A model generated the notes under the pieces. It saw nothing but the letters and a program-made list of their open reading frames with translations. It was not told the origin of the DNA and did not search any database. Below, piece by piece: positions 18,437 to 28,957 of a stretch of 64,000 bases of DNA (its first letter is position 1; each line of letters opens with the position of its first letter). This DNA comes from Desulfosudaceae bacterium. GTDB taxonomy: Bacteria; Desulfobacterota; Desulfobacteria; Desulfobacterales; Desulfosudaceae. Location of the stretch: the NCBI GenBank assembly GCA_963674745.2, contig CAXXDV010000001.1:2016001-2080000 (forward strand), in the 5' to 3' direction. A program made the translations under genes and the position numbers.

Positions 18437-19189
18437 CTACTGTGCTTCTTTTTCCCGATGATCGGCCACATAGGGAATAATCCGTTGCCGGACCATTTCG
18501 GCCGTTTCTTCGTCAGTCAGGTCGGCAAATTCTTCGTAAGGTATCTCATCGAGAATCGTTACCTGTATTTTGTGAAAACCGTGAAAGTTCATGCTTTTTT
18601 TGGGTAGCGCATTGGTCGTGCCGCTGACGGCAATGGGGAGAATCGATTTTTTTGTTTTTTTGGCCAAATGAAAAGCGCCGGGCTTAAAGGGTTTGACATT
18701 GCCGTCCGGGGAACGGGTACCTTCCGGAAACATGAATACCGAACTGCCCTGGTCGAGGGTTTTTTCAGCATCGGCCAGCATCTGTTGAATGCTTTCCTTG
18801 TCGCCCCGCTGCAGCCGGATGTAACGGTTTAACGTCATATTCCAGCCGATAAAGGGGACTTTGAACATTTCTATTTTGGATATCCACTTGTAGTGGAAAA
18901 ACAGGGTGAAGCAGACCAGAATGTCGAGCTGGGACTGATGGTTGGAGACAACCACCCGGCTGCCTTTTCTGGGGATTTTGTCTCGACCGGCAACCGTGAC
19001 CGACCAGGCCGGCATGATCCAGACATACATGGAACCCCAGAGACAGGTAAACCAGTGTAAGATCACCAGCCGTTTGTCGAACAGCACGGTCAGCAGCCAG
19101 ATGGTCAGCGCCACAAAATAGAGAATCGCGCAGGAGATGGCGATATAGGTGATAAACAGCACGGATACGATTCGTCTCAGCATAAACAT
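18437..19189 (-). CDS. plsC: 1-acyl-sn-glycerol-3-phosphate acyltransferase family
   Basis: NHQSQLD, FPEGTRS and PFKPGAF motifs. Confidence 0.85.
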   Translation of the reverse strand: MFMLRRIVSVLFITYIAISCAILYFVALTIWLLTVLFDKRLVILHWFTCLWGSMYVWIMPAWSVTVAGRDKIPRKGSRVVVSNHQSQLDILVCFTLFFHYKWISKIEMFKVPFIGWNMTLNRYIRLQRGDKESIQQMLADAEKTLDQGSSVFMFPEGTRSPDGNVKPFKPGAFHLAKKTKKSILPIAVSGTTNALPKKSMNFHGFHKIQVTILDEIPYEEFADLTDEETAEMVRQRIIPYVADHREKEAQ

Positions 19190-19241
19190 TGTCTCCCGGT
19201 CGTTTTAAGGACGCAGTGGTGTAATAAATGCTCCCATTAAT

Positions 19242-19712
19242 TTATTCAGGGTTAGATTGATAAAAATAAGTGTGGTCGCAGAACCGGTCCCCGGCGGCAA
19301 TGTTGTGAAGCCGTTGAAACCGGACCAGCGGCTGATATTTTTTACAGAAAGCCACATCACCTTCGCACAAGGCCGGTGTCAGTTCCGGCATGCCCAGTAG
19401 TTGAAAAACCTCGACAAACTGGCACCGGGTGACATTAATCTGAAAGGTGTCCGCCGTGTTAATCGTTACCTGAATTTCTTCAAAAGGCATTTTGGCCATG
19501 GCTTTGATAAAATTATTGCCGAAAACAGGAAACGACTGATCTTTTTCTAGCCTGGGAATGTTCCAGGCCAGCACTTTGGCGGAAATCGCCACGATAGCGT
19601 TAAAAAATAAACTTTGTGCCCGATTTTTGCCCAGAAAAATTTTCGCCGGCCTGTAAATTATGGCCAGGGGTAAAAAAAGAACGGTCAGAATGATTTTCCA
19701 TAATTGCATCAT
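19242..19712 (-). CDS. L-2-amino-thiazoline-4-carboxylate hydrolase-like family protein
   Basis: VTRC, LGMPEL, CEGD and R...IAAGDRFCDH motifs; AAGGAG RBS. Confidence 0.7.
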   Translation of the reverse strand: MMQLWKIILTVLFLPLAIIYRPAKIFLGKNRAQSLFFNAIVAISAKVLAWNIPRLEKDQSFPVFGNNFIKAMAKMPFEEIQVTINTADTFQINVTRCQFVEVFQLLGMPELTPALCEGDVAFCKKYQPLVRFQRLHNIAAGDRFCDHTYFYQSNPE

Positions 19713-19783
19713 AACCGGCTCCTTTGATAATATATGCCAAAATATCATGAATAAATGTAAATTTCCACCAACCGGCCGACAGA

Positions 19784-19813
19784 TTGACTTTTTCGGGCCG
19801 GTTTAATTATAAT
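19784..19813 (+). promoter_or_regulatory. sigma70-type promoter
   Basis: TTGACT-N18-TATAAT upstream of the AsmA-like gene. Confidence 0.55.
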
Positions 19814-19887
19814 ACAGTCATTTTCCTGCCCTGAGGACCGCCCGGCATTATCCACAACGAGGCAGAGGGTTGGTATAGTCGACGTTT

Positions 19888-22800
19888 ATGAAAAAAATTG
19901 CCCGGATATTTTTTTACAGCCTCTTATCTTTGGCTGTTCTTTGTTTCTTTTTGCCTTATGCCGTCAAGTTGAAACCGGTTCAGGCCAGGCTGACGGATAT
20001 TCTGCATCTTCAGTTGGGTATTCAGGCTGATGTTGATGACATGGGCTGGAAGTGGCTGCCTTTCCCGCAAATTGTGTTGTATAACGTCAGCCTGGTTGAT
20101 GATCTTGTGAAAATCGCTTATCCCCATGGCGCTGTCGGTTTGGGCCTTGCCAGGTCGATACGTTTTCAGCCGACCGTAAAACTGATAGCGGACAGGCCCC
20201 AAATCGTCTTCAAATCCCTGTCTCAAACCGGAAAAAGAGATGAAAAGCAGATCATCGACCAGAGATTACGCCCGCCGTTTGTTTTTCTGCAAATCAAAAA
20301 AGGCCACCTGCTTTTGCCGCCTGACGGCGTTTTAGAAAAATTTGCCACGGAAAAGGCTCAGGCCGAAATCTTTGACATTAATGCCGATATTGCCCTGTCC
20401 CCTGAGGGAGTTGAGGTGAAAAGCACCGGCCGTTTTTCTTTTGCCGATAAAATTCTGGCGCATATCCGTCTTGAAAAGAATCGTTCTGCGTCCCCGGCGA
20501 TGCAGAAAGATTTGTGGCAACTTGATATACGTGGAGAAAACATTGACCTGACCGGGGCGAGAAAGAAAATGCTGATGCTTTTCGGCAAACACAAAACCGC
20601 TCAAAAAATTTTCGATGTCGTCCGGGGCGGTCGCATCAAAACCGGGAATTATCTCTTTAATGGCCCTGCTGAAGATTTTAAAGATCTGACGGCCATGAAA
20701 ATTCTGCTGCAAGCCGACGATGTCGATATCCTCGTTCCGAAAGTCCGGCTTCCGCTTAAACATGGGACCGGTCCTGTCGTTATTGAAGATGGGATTCTCA
20801 CGGGGCATTCTCTATCGGTCCGTTTGGGAACGTCTTCCGGCCAAAACGGCCAAGTCCGGATTGATTTGCTCAAGCGGAATCGTGCCTTTGAAGTTGATGC
20901 TGATGTTGATGCCGATGTTAAAGAGCTGCGCGGCTGGTTGATCAACAATTTATTGGTCCGTCATGAGCGGGTTGCCAACGAACTTGAAAAAATTTCCGCT
21001 GTCCGGGGTCGGGCCCGGGGGCATCTGCATATCGGCGGCAGTTCCCGTCATCCGGTGATCAAGGCCGATGTGGCGGAATCGGACAGCCGGATCGAATATG
21101 AACGGTTTAATTATCCGGTTGAAATTAAAAGCGGTCTGATAACGATTTATCAAGACAGGCTGACCTGGGACGATGCCAGCGGCGGCATCGGATCCCAGCG
21201 CATTGACTCATCCCGGGGAGCTGTTAAATGGAGTGACGGCGTTCAGATTGACGTCGATGAACTTATTGCCCACCTGGATGCCCGATCCCTTCTCGAGGAA
21301 AAACTGGTTCGACAGGCGCTTGAAAAGACCATGACGTCGCTGATTGATGCAGCCGACGGTGGCTTGGATATTAAGCACGCTGAAATACACGGCCCGGTAA
21401 ATGATTTTAGAAAGCTGTCCTATAATTTTAACATCGATACCGACGATTTGATGGTCGACAGCCCGCTTCTACCCGATATCGTCCGGGTTACCGCATCCGG
21501 CGTCAGGGTTACCGAGAACAGGTTTGTCATGCCGACCGGACGGATTGACACATCCGATCGCCAGTTAACGCTGCAAACAGACATTGCCCATGACCTGTGG
21601 CATGATTTTTCAGGCCGCCTGACCATAAAAGGCATCATCGGTCCACAAATAGCCCGGTGGGTAAAAACCAAACACTGGGTACCCGATCGGTTTTTTCCGA
21701 AAATCCCTTGTGTTCTGGGCCCTTTGACCGTGTCGTGGAATAAAAAAGAAAAAAACGTGACCGGAACAATCATTCCCGGCAGCAATGAAAAAAACGTCGT
21801 CAGCAGTCGACTGGATCTGAGCCTGTCTGAAGGCCGGCTGGCGCTTAAGGAGCTGTCCATCACCTCGATGGATGAATCCGCCGATATGTGGTTTTTTCTT
21901 GAGCGTGGCCTGCAACCAAGTTTCAAAGGCGGTTTTAAGGGCAGTTTAAAAAAAGAAACCCTGGATGTCTTGCTCGAGGACAATCAATTTCTGACAGGCA
22001 GCGTTTCCGGGGATTGTGAAATGGTGTTGAACCTGAACCATGTCGCGGCCCATCGGTTGACAGGCGATATTAACGTGTCCTGGGCGTCTTTATTTTTTAA
22101 AGGCAGTCGCGTTCTTATCAACAGTGCCGTTATCTCCGGGGATGAATCCAGTGTGAAGATCAAGCGTGCTGATCTGAGAATAAACGATGAGTCCGTCATG
22201 ATAGACGGGCGCGTTTATTTTCCCGATGAGGCGGATATTAAGACCGAGTTGAACGTTACCTCGCGCAAGCTTTCAGCCGGAAACCTGAACCATTTTTTCG
22301 GCGATCTGAAAGACCTTTTGTTCGGACCTGTCAGCCCGACGAAACCCGCACTTGAAAGAGAGGGGTTGCCTTCAAAGGATAGGCCGAAAACGTTTTCCGC
22401 CACGGGAATTATAAACGTTGATATAAAAGAGTTGTTATTTAATCCGGAACGGCACGATTCGCCCGTACCGGTGAAACAGTTTATCGGCCATGACTTATCC
22501 GGCACGATAAGTCTCGGGCCGGACAACCGGATTGTCGCCACCCTTACTTCCGGAGAAGTCTGCAACGTTAAAGTGTCCGGTACAGTCGGCCTGCCGCCGG
22601 AAAAGACCGTCTTAACCCTTGAAACCGACCCGGAACACAAACCGGAGGTTCAGGACCTGCTGGACTGTTTGGGCGTGACAGACAGAGAGATGTCGGGAAA
22701 ATATGTGCTACAGGCGGTAATAAGCGGCACCTCCGGGAATTGGACTGACGGGCATATCAAGTTCAAAGCCAGGAAAGGCAGGATGAAAGGGCTGGCCGTG

Positions 22801-23199
22801 ATTTCAAAAATTCTTACCCTGGTCAATGTGACGGAACTGTTTTCCATTAATGTGTTTAAGAATTTTTTCACCATGGGCTATCCCTACAAGGATATGAAGC
22901 TGTCCGGTACAATTACGGATAATATTCTGACCCTTGAAGAGACTCAGATCATCGGTGAGGGACTTGATATCTTTTTCGAGGGCACCGTTGATTTGAGTAC
23001 GACCGCCCTGGATATGGTGGCTTATGTCAAACCCTTCAAAATGGTTGACTCTATCGTAACGCTGATCCCCTATGTCGGTAAAGACCTGGGAGATGGTGAA
23101 AAAAGCATCGCCTATATCCCTTTTAAGATTAAGGGAGATATTGATAATCCGGACGTTTTTCTTGTTTTTGAAGACAAGCGCAAGGGGAACAAACCATAA
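19888..23199 (+). CDS. AsmA-like / YhdP-like envelope protein
   Basis: 1103 aa, single N-terminal TM segment, beta-rich body, AsmA_2-like C-terminus (GTVDL...FKIKGDIDNPDV). Confidence 0.75.
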   Translation: MKKIARIFFYSLLSLAVLCFFLPYAVKLKPVQARLTDILHLQLGIQADVDDMGWKWLPFPQIVLYNVSLVDDLVKIAYPHGAVGLGLARSIRFQPTVKLIADRPQIVFKSLSQTGKRDEKQIIDQRLRPPFVFLQIKKGHLLLPPDGVLEKFATEKAQAEIFDINADIALSPEGVEVKSTGRFSFADKILAHIRLEKNRSASPAMQKDLWQLDIRGENIDLTGARKKMLMLFGKHKTAQKIFDVVRGGRIKTGNYLFNGPAEDFKDLTAMKILLQADDVDILVPKVRLPLKHGTGPVVIEDGILTGHSLSVRLGTSSGQNGQVRIDLLKRNRAFEVDADVDADVKELRGWLINNLLVRHERVANELEKISAVRGRARGHLHIGGSSRHPVIKADVAESDSRIEYERFNYPVEIKSGLITIYQDRLTWDDASGGIGSQRIDSSRGAVKWSDGVQIDVDELIAHLDARSLLEEKLVRQALEKTMTSLIDAADGGLDIKHAEIHGPVNDFRKLSYNFNIDTDDLMVDSPLLPDIVRVTASGVRVTENRFVMPTGRIDTSDRQLTLQTDIAHDLWHDFSGRLTIKGIIGPQIARWVKTKHWVPDRFFPKIPCVLGPLTVSWNKKEKNVTGTIIPGSNEKNVVSSRLDLSLSEGRLALKELSITSMDESADMWFFLERGLQPSFKGGFKGSLKKETLDVLLEDNQFLTGSVSGDCEMVLNLNHVAAHRLTGDINVSWASLFFKGSRVLINSAVISGDESSVKIKRADLRINDESVMIDGRVYFPDEADIKTELNVTSRKLSAGNLNHFFGDLKDLLFGPVSPTKPALEREGLPSKDRPKTFSATGIINVDIKELLFNPERHDSPVPVKQFIGHDLSGTISLGPDNRIVATLTSGEVCNVKVSGTVGLPPEKTVLTLETDPEHKPEVQDLLDCLGVTDREMSGKYVLQAVISGTSGNWTDGHIKFKARKGRMKGLAVISKILTLVNVTELFSINVFKNFFTMGYPYKDMKLSGTITDNILTLEETQIIGEGLDIFFEGTVDLSTTALDMVAYVKPFKMVDSIVTLIPYVGKDLGDGEKSIAYIPFKIKGDIDNPDVFLVFEDKRKGNKP

Positions 23200-23223
23200 G
23201 CAGTTTAAACGGGTAAAGGCCTC

Positions 23224-24273
23224 TTACCGGCCGGTTTCGAGATAGGTCATGATGATCTGCCGGGACGTCTTTTCCCCGGCGCCGGGGCCGTGCAAAATGG
23301 TGTTGACCAGGTTGTCATCATCAAGGACGGCCCGGGTCAGTTCTTGATCCCGGGTTAAACCGCCCAGATAAAGCTCCAAAACGACCCGGATGGCTTTTTT
23401 CTTGCTTTCAACCGACCCCCAGCCATAGAGCAGGGTTTCGCTGATTCGCCCGTTGTCGGCATCAAGCACGGCATCCACGTTCCGGCTTTCCTTCATCATC
23501 ATGTCCACAAAATCACCATCACGGATGAATTCCCGCAGCCTGGCTTCCAGCACATTCTTTACCCGTTGTTTGTCAGCCAGCAGTCTTTCCGTCAGATCCC
23601 TGTCCGGGGATGTTTTGGCCATCTCGATGTATTTTTCTTTTTTAAACATGTCCTTCAAGTTCATGAAGGTGTTGTAGATGTTGTTCCTGGTGGCGTAATT
23701 GGCCATCCATTCCGGGATGCTGCCGCGGATATCGGCCCGATAGGTATGAATAATACCGGTCCGCTGGCGGGTTACAAACTCGAAAACATACTGGCCGGTC
23801 ATGTCGATCATCCGGATATGATCGTCATTCTCCGGGCAGGTGTTTATTTCTGTACTGAACAGGTTGCTGATGGCCCTGCCATGTTCAAGGTCATATTCCG
23901 TAACCGATTCCATGACCAGGTCCCTGTCGTTCACCGGCCAGGGAAGATCAAAGGACAAGTAAAGAGTGAAATTATTCCGGTCTTTTTTCATCAGCATGCG
24001 GGCTTCATCGCAGTATGGCAGCCATAGGGTGTCGGCCGGCACGTCACGCAATACTTCACCGATCACTTCAACCGGAGAGTCGACCACCATCACGGCCCGA
24101 AACTCAAAAATGCCCGAACCGGAAATTTTTCTGGAGTAGGCCTTGATGCCGTTTTTATTCATGACCAGTTCCCAGTCGCCTTCGGCCTCGCCTGAAGCGG
24201 CTTCGGCGGTGGTATGAACAAGCCCGCAAACACAGAAAATCACCAGCAGGAACAGGAAAGTAATTCGTTCCAT
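23224..24273 (-). CDS. secreted START-domain lipid-binding protein with C-terminal extension
   Basis: Signal peptide; WELVMNKNGIKAY, LPWPVNDRD and GSIPEW motifs. Confidence 0.8.
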   Translation of the reverse strand: MERITFLFLLVIFCVCGLVHTTAEAASGEAEGDWELVMNKNGIKAYSRKISGSGIFEFRAVMVVDSPVEVIGEVLRDVPADTLWLPYCDEARMLMKKDRNNFTLYLSFDLPWPVNDRDLVMESVTEYDLEHGRAISNLFSTEINTCPENDDHIRMIDMTGQYVFEFVTRQRTGIIHTYRADIRGSIPEWMANYATRNNIYNTFMNLKDMFKKEKYIEMAKTSPDRDLTERLLADKQRVKNVLEARLREFIRDGDFVDMMMKESRNVDAVLDADNGRISETLLYGWGSVESKKKAIRVVLELYLGGLTRDQELTRAVLDDDNLVNTILHGPGAGEKTSRQIIMTYLETGR

Positions 24274-24353
24274 AAACAATTTATCCTTTTTGTTTTCGAG
24301 AAAACAGACGCTCATAAGGTCGATTTTATGTTGACAGTTGCTTGATGTGAAAA

Positions 24354-24698
24354 TCAGGCACTGGAGGCCGGCACGATGCAGAGAAATTCCAGGTCGGTCT
24401 GCCCGGTGTTTTTAAACTGGTGCCGTTCTTTCGAAGGAATAAAAACAACACTGCCGGTTGTAATTGATCGAGGTCCCTGGTCGGAAAACACTTCTCCCTG
24501 TCCGGAAAGAACAAACACTTCATGCTCCCAGTCATGTTGATGAAGGGGTGTATAACCGCCGGGTTCGACCCGGAACTGTCTTAGGAAAAAATTTTCAGCC
24601 CGGTCTTCAGGACCGACCAGCATGCGCATGAAGACATTTTTGGCTTCGGGATCCGTTACCGGGTTTTCAGTAATACCGACATTGTTTTCTACCTTCAT
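24354..24698 (-). CDS. cupin-domain protein
   Basis: PGGYTPLHQHDWEHEVFVLSG and HQFKN motifs; GGGAGG RBS before 24698. Confidence 0.88.
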   Translation of the reverse strand: MKVENNVGITENPVTDPEAKNVFMRMLVGPEDRAENFFLRQFRVEPGGYTPLHQHDWEHEVFVLSGQGEVFSDQGPRSITTGSVVFIPSKERHQFKNTGQTDLEFLCIVPASSA

Positions 24699-24783
24699 AT
24701 ATTCCCTCCCGTCATTCCCTTGAACCATGGTAACCTTTATGCCCCGCCCTTGCATCTTATTCAATAAAAAACATGGTGCCCTT

Positions 24784-25902
24784 TTAAATCATACGTTTTA
24801 TGTAATCGATCTTCTTCATCGGCACCATTCCCAGTAGAGACTGAATGTGCCGGGCGTCACGGAAGCGTTTTTCCTGGCCGAAGTCTTTCATGTAGCCCAC
24901 CCCGCCCATCACCTGGATGCCGTCGGTGGTCAGTTCTCCGGCCATGGCCTGAACGTGAACGGCCGCGGCCCGGCTGCATTCCGGCCAGCCTTTTTCTTTT
25001 TGATCAACCGCCTGACAGGCGCGGGCCACAATCATTTCCGCATTTTTGGTCATGATGGCCATATTGGCCAGAATCATCTGCACTTCCGACCAGTTGATGA
25101 TTTCATGACCGCCCTGGAAACGGGCCTTGCTGTATTCAAAGGCTTCTTTGAACGAACCTTTCATGATACCGGTCGACATGGCCGCAGCCGCTACAGACAG
25201 CCTGTCGGCCATGGCCTTAAAATAGACGCCTCCCTCTTCTTCCTTGCCGATCAGGTCCCCCTTGGATGCCTGCAGGGAGATATCAATCGCGGGACAGGCG
25301 TGCAGGCCCAGGCTGTGAACCGGCTGGCTTTTGGACAGGCTGCGCTGGTTGAGGGCGACCAGGAAAAACGAGTATTGTTTCTGCCCTGCCACGACAGCCG
25401 GAATAACAGCGTGCCCGGCCAGTCCGCCCAGAACGACATACTCTATGTCTCCGGTAAGCCGGTACTGGCCGTTTTGTTTTTCCGCCTTCACAACGTGATC
25501 GTCCTGTCCGGGGTTGTTGAACACCGGACAGGCCAGCAGGAATTTATTGACGGTTTCCGCTTTGCCGATCTTTTTTTTCAGCAGATCTCCGGCGTCGGCC
25601 GCCAGCATGATTTCCTGGGCAGCGGCGTTGGTGAAAATGATACCGGCCAGGCTGGTGTCCTCCTGGCAGAGGCCATCAAGCAGAATGCTCAGGGCGCTCA
25701 TTCCCTGTTCAATGCCGCCCACTGATTCCGGCAGGGTGGTATGAAAAAAATCCGCTTCAAAGGCTTTTTCCAGGACGCTGTCAAAAAACGGCCCAAAAGG
25801 GAATTTGTCGTTTTCTTCCCGGTTTGGCGCCAGTTCTTTTTTGGCGAATTCAGCGGCACTTTTGTTCAGGAGCTTCAGTCCCTTGTCGTTGGCGGCAATC
25901 AT
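24784..25902 (-). CDS. acyl-CoA dehydrogenase family protein, catalytic Glu apparently absent
   Basis: R.QGG and GIQVMGGVGYMKDF.QEKRFRDA motifs; IYEG replaced by IQSLLG. Confidence 0.88.
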   Translation of the reverse strand: MIAANDKGLKLLNKSAAEFAKKELAPNREENDKFPFGPFFDSVLEKAFEADFFHTTLPESVGGIEQGMSALSILLDGLCQEDTSLAGIIFTNAAAQEIMLAADAGDLLKKKIGKAETVNKFLLACPVFNNPGQDDHVVKAEKQNGQYRLTGDIEYVVLGGLAGHAVIPAVVAGQKQYSFFLVALNQRSLSKSQPVHSLGLHACPAIDISLQASKGDLIGKEEEGGVYFKAMADRLSVAAAAMSTGIMKGSFKEAFEYSKARFQGGHEIINWSEVQMILANMAIMTKNAEMIVARACQAVDQKEKGWPECSRAAAVHVQAMAGELTTDGIQVMGGVGYMKDFGQEKRFRDARHIQSLLGMVPMKKIDYIKRMI

Positions 25903-25918
25903 ATCGTTCTCCTTTTAT

Positions 25919-27425
25919 CTATTCTTCAAAGACCGTAACCTGCGGATAGCTTCGGCCGATCAGACATTTAAAGACATTGAGCCGGTTGAGCTGGTTGGTG
26001 CCTTCGTATATCTGTAAGAGTTTGGCGTCGCGCAGAAATTTTTCCGCCCGCCGGTCGTGACGCAATCCGGCCTGTCCCATCAGGTCCAGCGCCAGATGGC
26101 AGTTTTTGACGCCCATGTCGGTACAATAAAATTTGGCCAGGGATCCCAGGCCGGCAACCCGCTGGGAATTTTCTTCACTGTTTTTCGCAAAACGCATACG
26201 CCGCATGATGCGGGTGGCCGACGGTTTGTCCAGCCAGCGGGAGACGACCCGGTCAAACCAGAAGCGGGGCGTGAACTTCATATTATAATATGCCGGCCGG
26301 GTCTGGAGGGCCGAGGTAGAGCCGTAAAGACCGTTGGCATAGGCCGATTCCATATATGTCAGCCGGGCGGAAACGACATTCTTATACATTTCGGCCAGCA
26401 GGCACTGGGCCCATTCATGGTTGATCAGCAGACGCCCGTTAATCGTTTCTTTTGCGGCCATACCCAGGGCGGTTTCAAAAGCGCCCCGGGCCGCGCCGGC
26501 GCCAAACGCGCCCACCCCCGCCCGGGAGGCGGAAAGAACGTCGTCCAGCAGTAACTGGATAACGTCCTTTTTGTTCATCCCCTGATATTCAATGTCATCC
26601 GGCGAGCCGCAGACATATTCGTCGGGAACAAAGCAATCATCAAAAATCAGTTCACTGGCCGGGCAACCCTTCTGGCCCATCTTTTTTTCCATTTTACCGA
26701 AGGAGAACCCTTTCATGCCGTTACGAACAGCTAAAACAACGGTGTTCTGTGACGGTTTTTTCCAGGTCCCGATAGGCAATCAAAATATGCCAGGTGGACA
26801 GGTGGCCGCTGGAAATAAAGATCTTGGTACCGTTGACCAGGTAGCCGCCATCCACTTTTTGGGCATGACAGGTGATCTGACCACGATCAACAAGGTCCGT
26901 CTCCTCCACATCGGTACCCGCCCCCGGTTCGGTGATGGCGGTTGAGAGAAGGCAGGGCCGGCCGCTTTTTTCACCGGCTGCGGTCTCCCGGAACAGCTTG
27001 TTCATCAACCGTGTGTTCATGGTACAGGCCAGGGAGGCTACCCCCAGGTAATGGACCTGGATCAGGTTGGCCATACCCAGGCAGGCCGAGGCCAGTTCTT
27101 CGGTCAGCGGCGGACCGGCCAGGGTGGCCACGCCTCCGCCACCGAACATTTTGGGAATAAACATGGAGTAGAAACCCCATTGGCCGGCTTTTTTGACAAA
27201 ATCCCAGGGCAGGTAGGCCGGATCTTCATGCATTTTCAGATCGAGCTCCATGCAGCCGGGCCGGATAACCATGTCGTTGAATTTGCGGGCCAGGGCCACG
27301 GCTTTCCGGACTTCCGCAACTATCGGGCGGGGCAGGGCAGGCAGGGCCTGCAGGGAGTTGGTTATGTCGTCAAAGCGCGGTTCGCGATTGGCCAGCTTTT
27401 TTATTGCCGATTTTGAAAGCATCAT
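25919..27425 (-). CDS. acyl-CoA dehydrogenase split by a frameshift (pseudogene or sequencing indel)
   Basis: ORFs 26721-27425 and 25919-26779 join if one A is removed from the A6 run at 26756-26761, giving DLEKPSQN versus DLKKPSEN in the paralog. Confidence 0.85.
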
Positions 27426-27431
27426 CCGTTT

Positions 27432-28934
27432 TTACTCCTCAAAGACGGTTGCCTGGGGATAGTCTCGGCCGATGAGGCACTTGAAGAGATTGACCCGGTT
27501 GAGTTGATTGGTGCCCTCGTAAATTTGTAACAATTTGGCATCGCGCAGAAATTTTTCCGCGCGCCGGTCGTGACGCAAACCGGCCTGCCCCATCATGTCC
27601 AGGGCCAGATGACAATTGCGAATGCCGGCGTCAGAAGCGGTAAATTTGGACAACGACCCCAGCCCGGAGCAGATGTGGATTTCATCATCCGTCTGCTTGT
27701 CGGCCATGGCTTTGCGCAGCAGTCGGGTGGCCAGCGGCGTATTTAAAAATGGCGATATGAATTTTTCGATGATAAAGGTAGGAACATATTTCGAGTAATA
27801 AAAGAGCAATTTCTGATGCATGAGTTTGTAAAAACCATACAGGCTGTTGGCGTAATTGGTCTCCACGTAGGTCAGCCTTGAGGTGACAACGTTCTTATAC
27901 ATTTCGGCCAGCAGGCTTTGAGCCCATTCGTGATTGATCAACAGCTTGCCGTTAATTTTTGTTTCAACGGCAAAGGCCAGTGCTTCCTCATAGGCGCCGC
28001 GGGCCGCGCCGGTGGCAAAAGCGCCCACGCCGGCCCGGGACGCAGAAACCACGTAATCGATCATCTGCTGGTTCGCTTCCCTGGGGCCACGCTTTGTTTT
28101 AATGGCATCGTCCCCGGACATGCATACATTTTCATCCGGTACGAAACAGTCTTTGAAAATCAATTCGCTGGCCGGGCATCCTTTTTGCCCCATTTTATGT
28201 TCCATGCGGCCGAAAGAAAAACCTTTCGTTCCGGTCTTGACGCCCATCATAATGGTGTTCTCCGACGGCTTTTTTAAATCGGTATAAGCGATCAGCATAT
28301 GCCAGGTGGAAATGTGACCGTTGGAGATAAATATTTTGGACCCATTAACGAGGTAGCCCCCAGCCACTTTTTGGGCGTGGCAGGTGATGTTGCCTTTATC
28401 CGACAATTCAACTTCCTCCACGTCCGTGCCGGCGCCTGGTTCAGTGATGGCCAGGGAGATCAGGCAGGGCACCCCGTTTTTTTCGCCGGCCACGACCTCC
28501 CGGCAGATGCGGTTGATCACCCGCGCGTTCCAGGGCGCGCAGAGGGTGGCCACTCCCAGGTAATGAACGCCGATCAGGTTGGCCATGGCCAGGCACACGG
28601 AACCGATTTCTTCGACGAAAACCGACATGGAAGACATGTTGAACCCTTTGCCGCCGAAGATGCGGGGAATCCACAGGGTGTAAAACCCCCATTCATTGGC
28701 CTTGGACACAAAGTCATAGGGAAGGAAGGCGGGGTTTTCATGCATGGCCAGATCAAGCTCCTGTGTATAGGGCCTGACCACCTCGTCATTGAATTTTCGG
28801 GCCAGGGCCACTACCTGTCGGGTTTCCCTGACCATAGCAGCCGGCATTTTCGGAGCCGCGTTGAGGCTGACGAACATGTCATCAAACGCGGGTGCGCGGG
28901 ACAGCAGGGACTTTATTTCCGATCTTGTTACCAT
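27432..28934 (-). CDS. acyl-CoA dehydrogenase
   Basis: AITEPGAGTD, NGSKIFISNG, KMGQK and RDAKLLQIYEGTNQ motifs. Confidence 0.92.
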   Translation of the reverse strand: MVTRSEIKSLLSRAPAFDDMFVSLNAAPKMPAAMVRETRQVVALARKFNDEVVRPYTQELDLAMHENPAFLPYDFVSKANEWGFYTLWIPRIFGGKGFNMSSMSVFVEEIGSVCLAMANLIGVHYLGVATLCAPWNARVINRICREVVAGEKNGVPCLISLAITEPGAGTDVEEVELSDKGNITCHAQKVAGGYLVNGSKIFISNGHISTWHMLIAYTDLKKPSENTIMMGVKTGTKGFSFGRMEHKMGQKGCPASELIFKDCFVPDENVCMSGDDAIKTKRGPREANQQMIDYVVSASRAGVGAFATGAARGAYEEALAFAVETKINGKLLINHEWAQSLLAEMYKNVVTSRLTYVETNYANSLYGFYKLMHQKLLFYYSKYVPTFIIEKFISPFLNTPLATRLLRKAMADKQTDDEIHICSGLGSLSKFTASDAGIRNCHLALDMMGQAGLRHDRRAEKFLRDAKLLQIYEGTNQLNRVNLFKCLIGRDYPQATVFEE

Positions 28935-28957
28935 ACATTCTTTCCTTCTTAAAAAAT

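Noticed and set aside
19848..19856. DnaA box TTATCCACA as a replication origin
   Set aside because: Only one box noticed, with no cluster and no dnaA context.
26721..26779. Programmed frameshift in the ACAD
   Set aside because: The adjacent paralog is uninterrupted, and similar indels elsewhere point to sequencing error.
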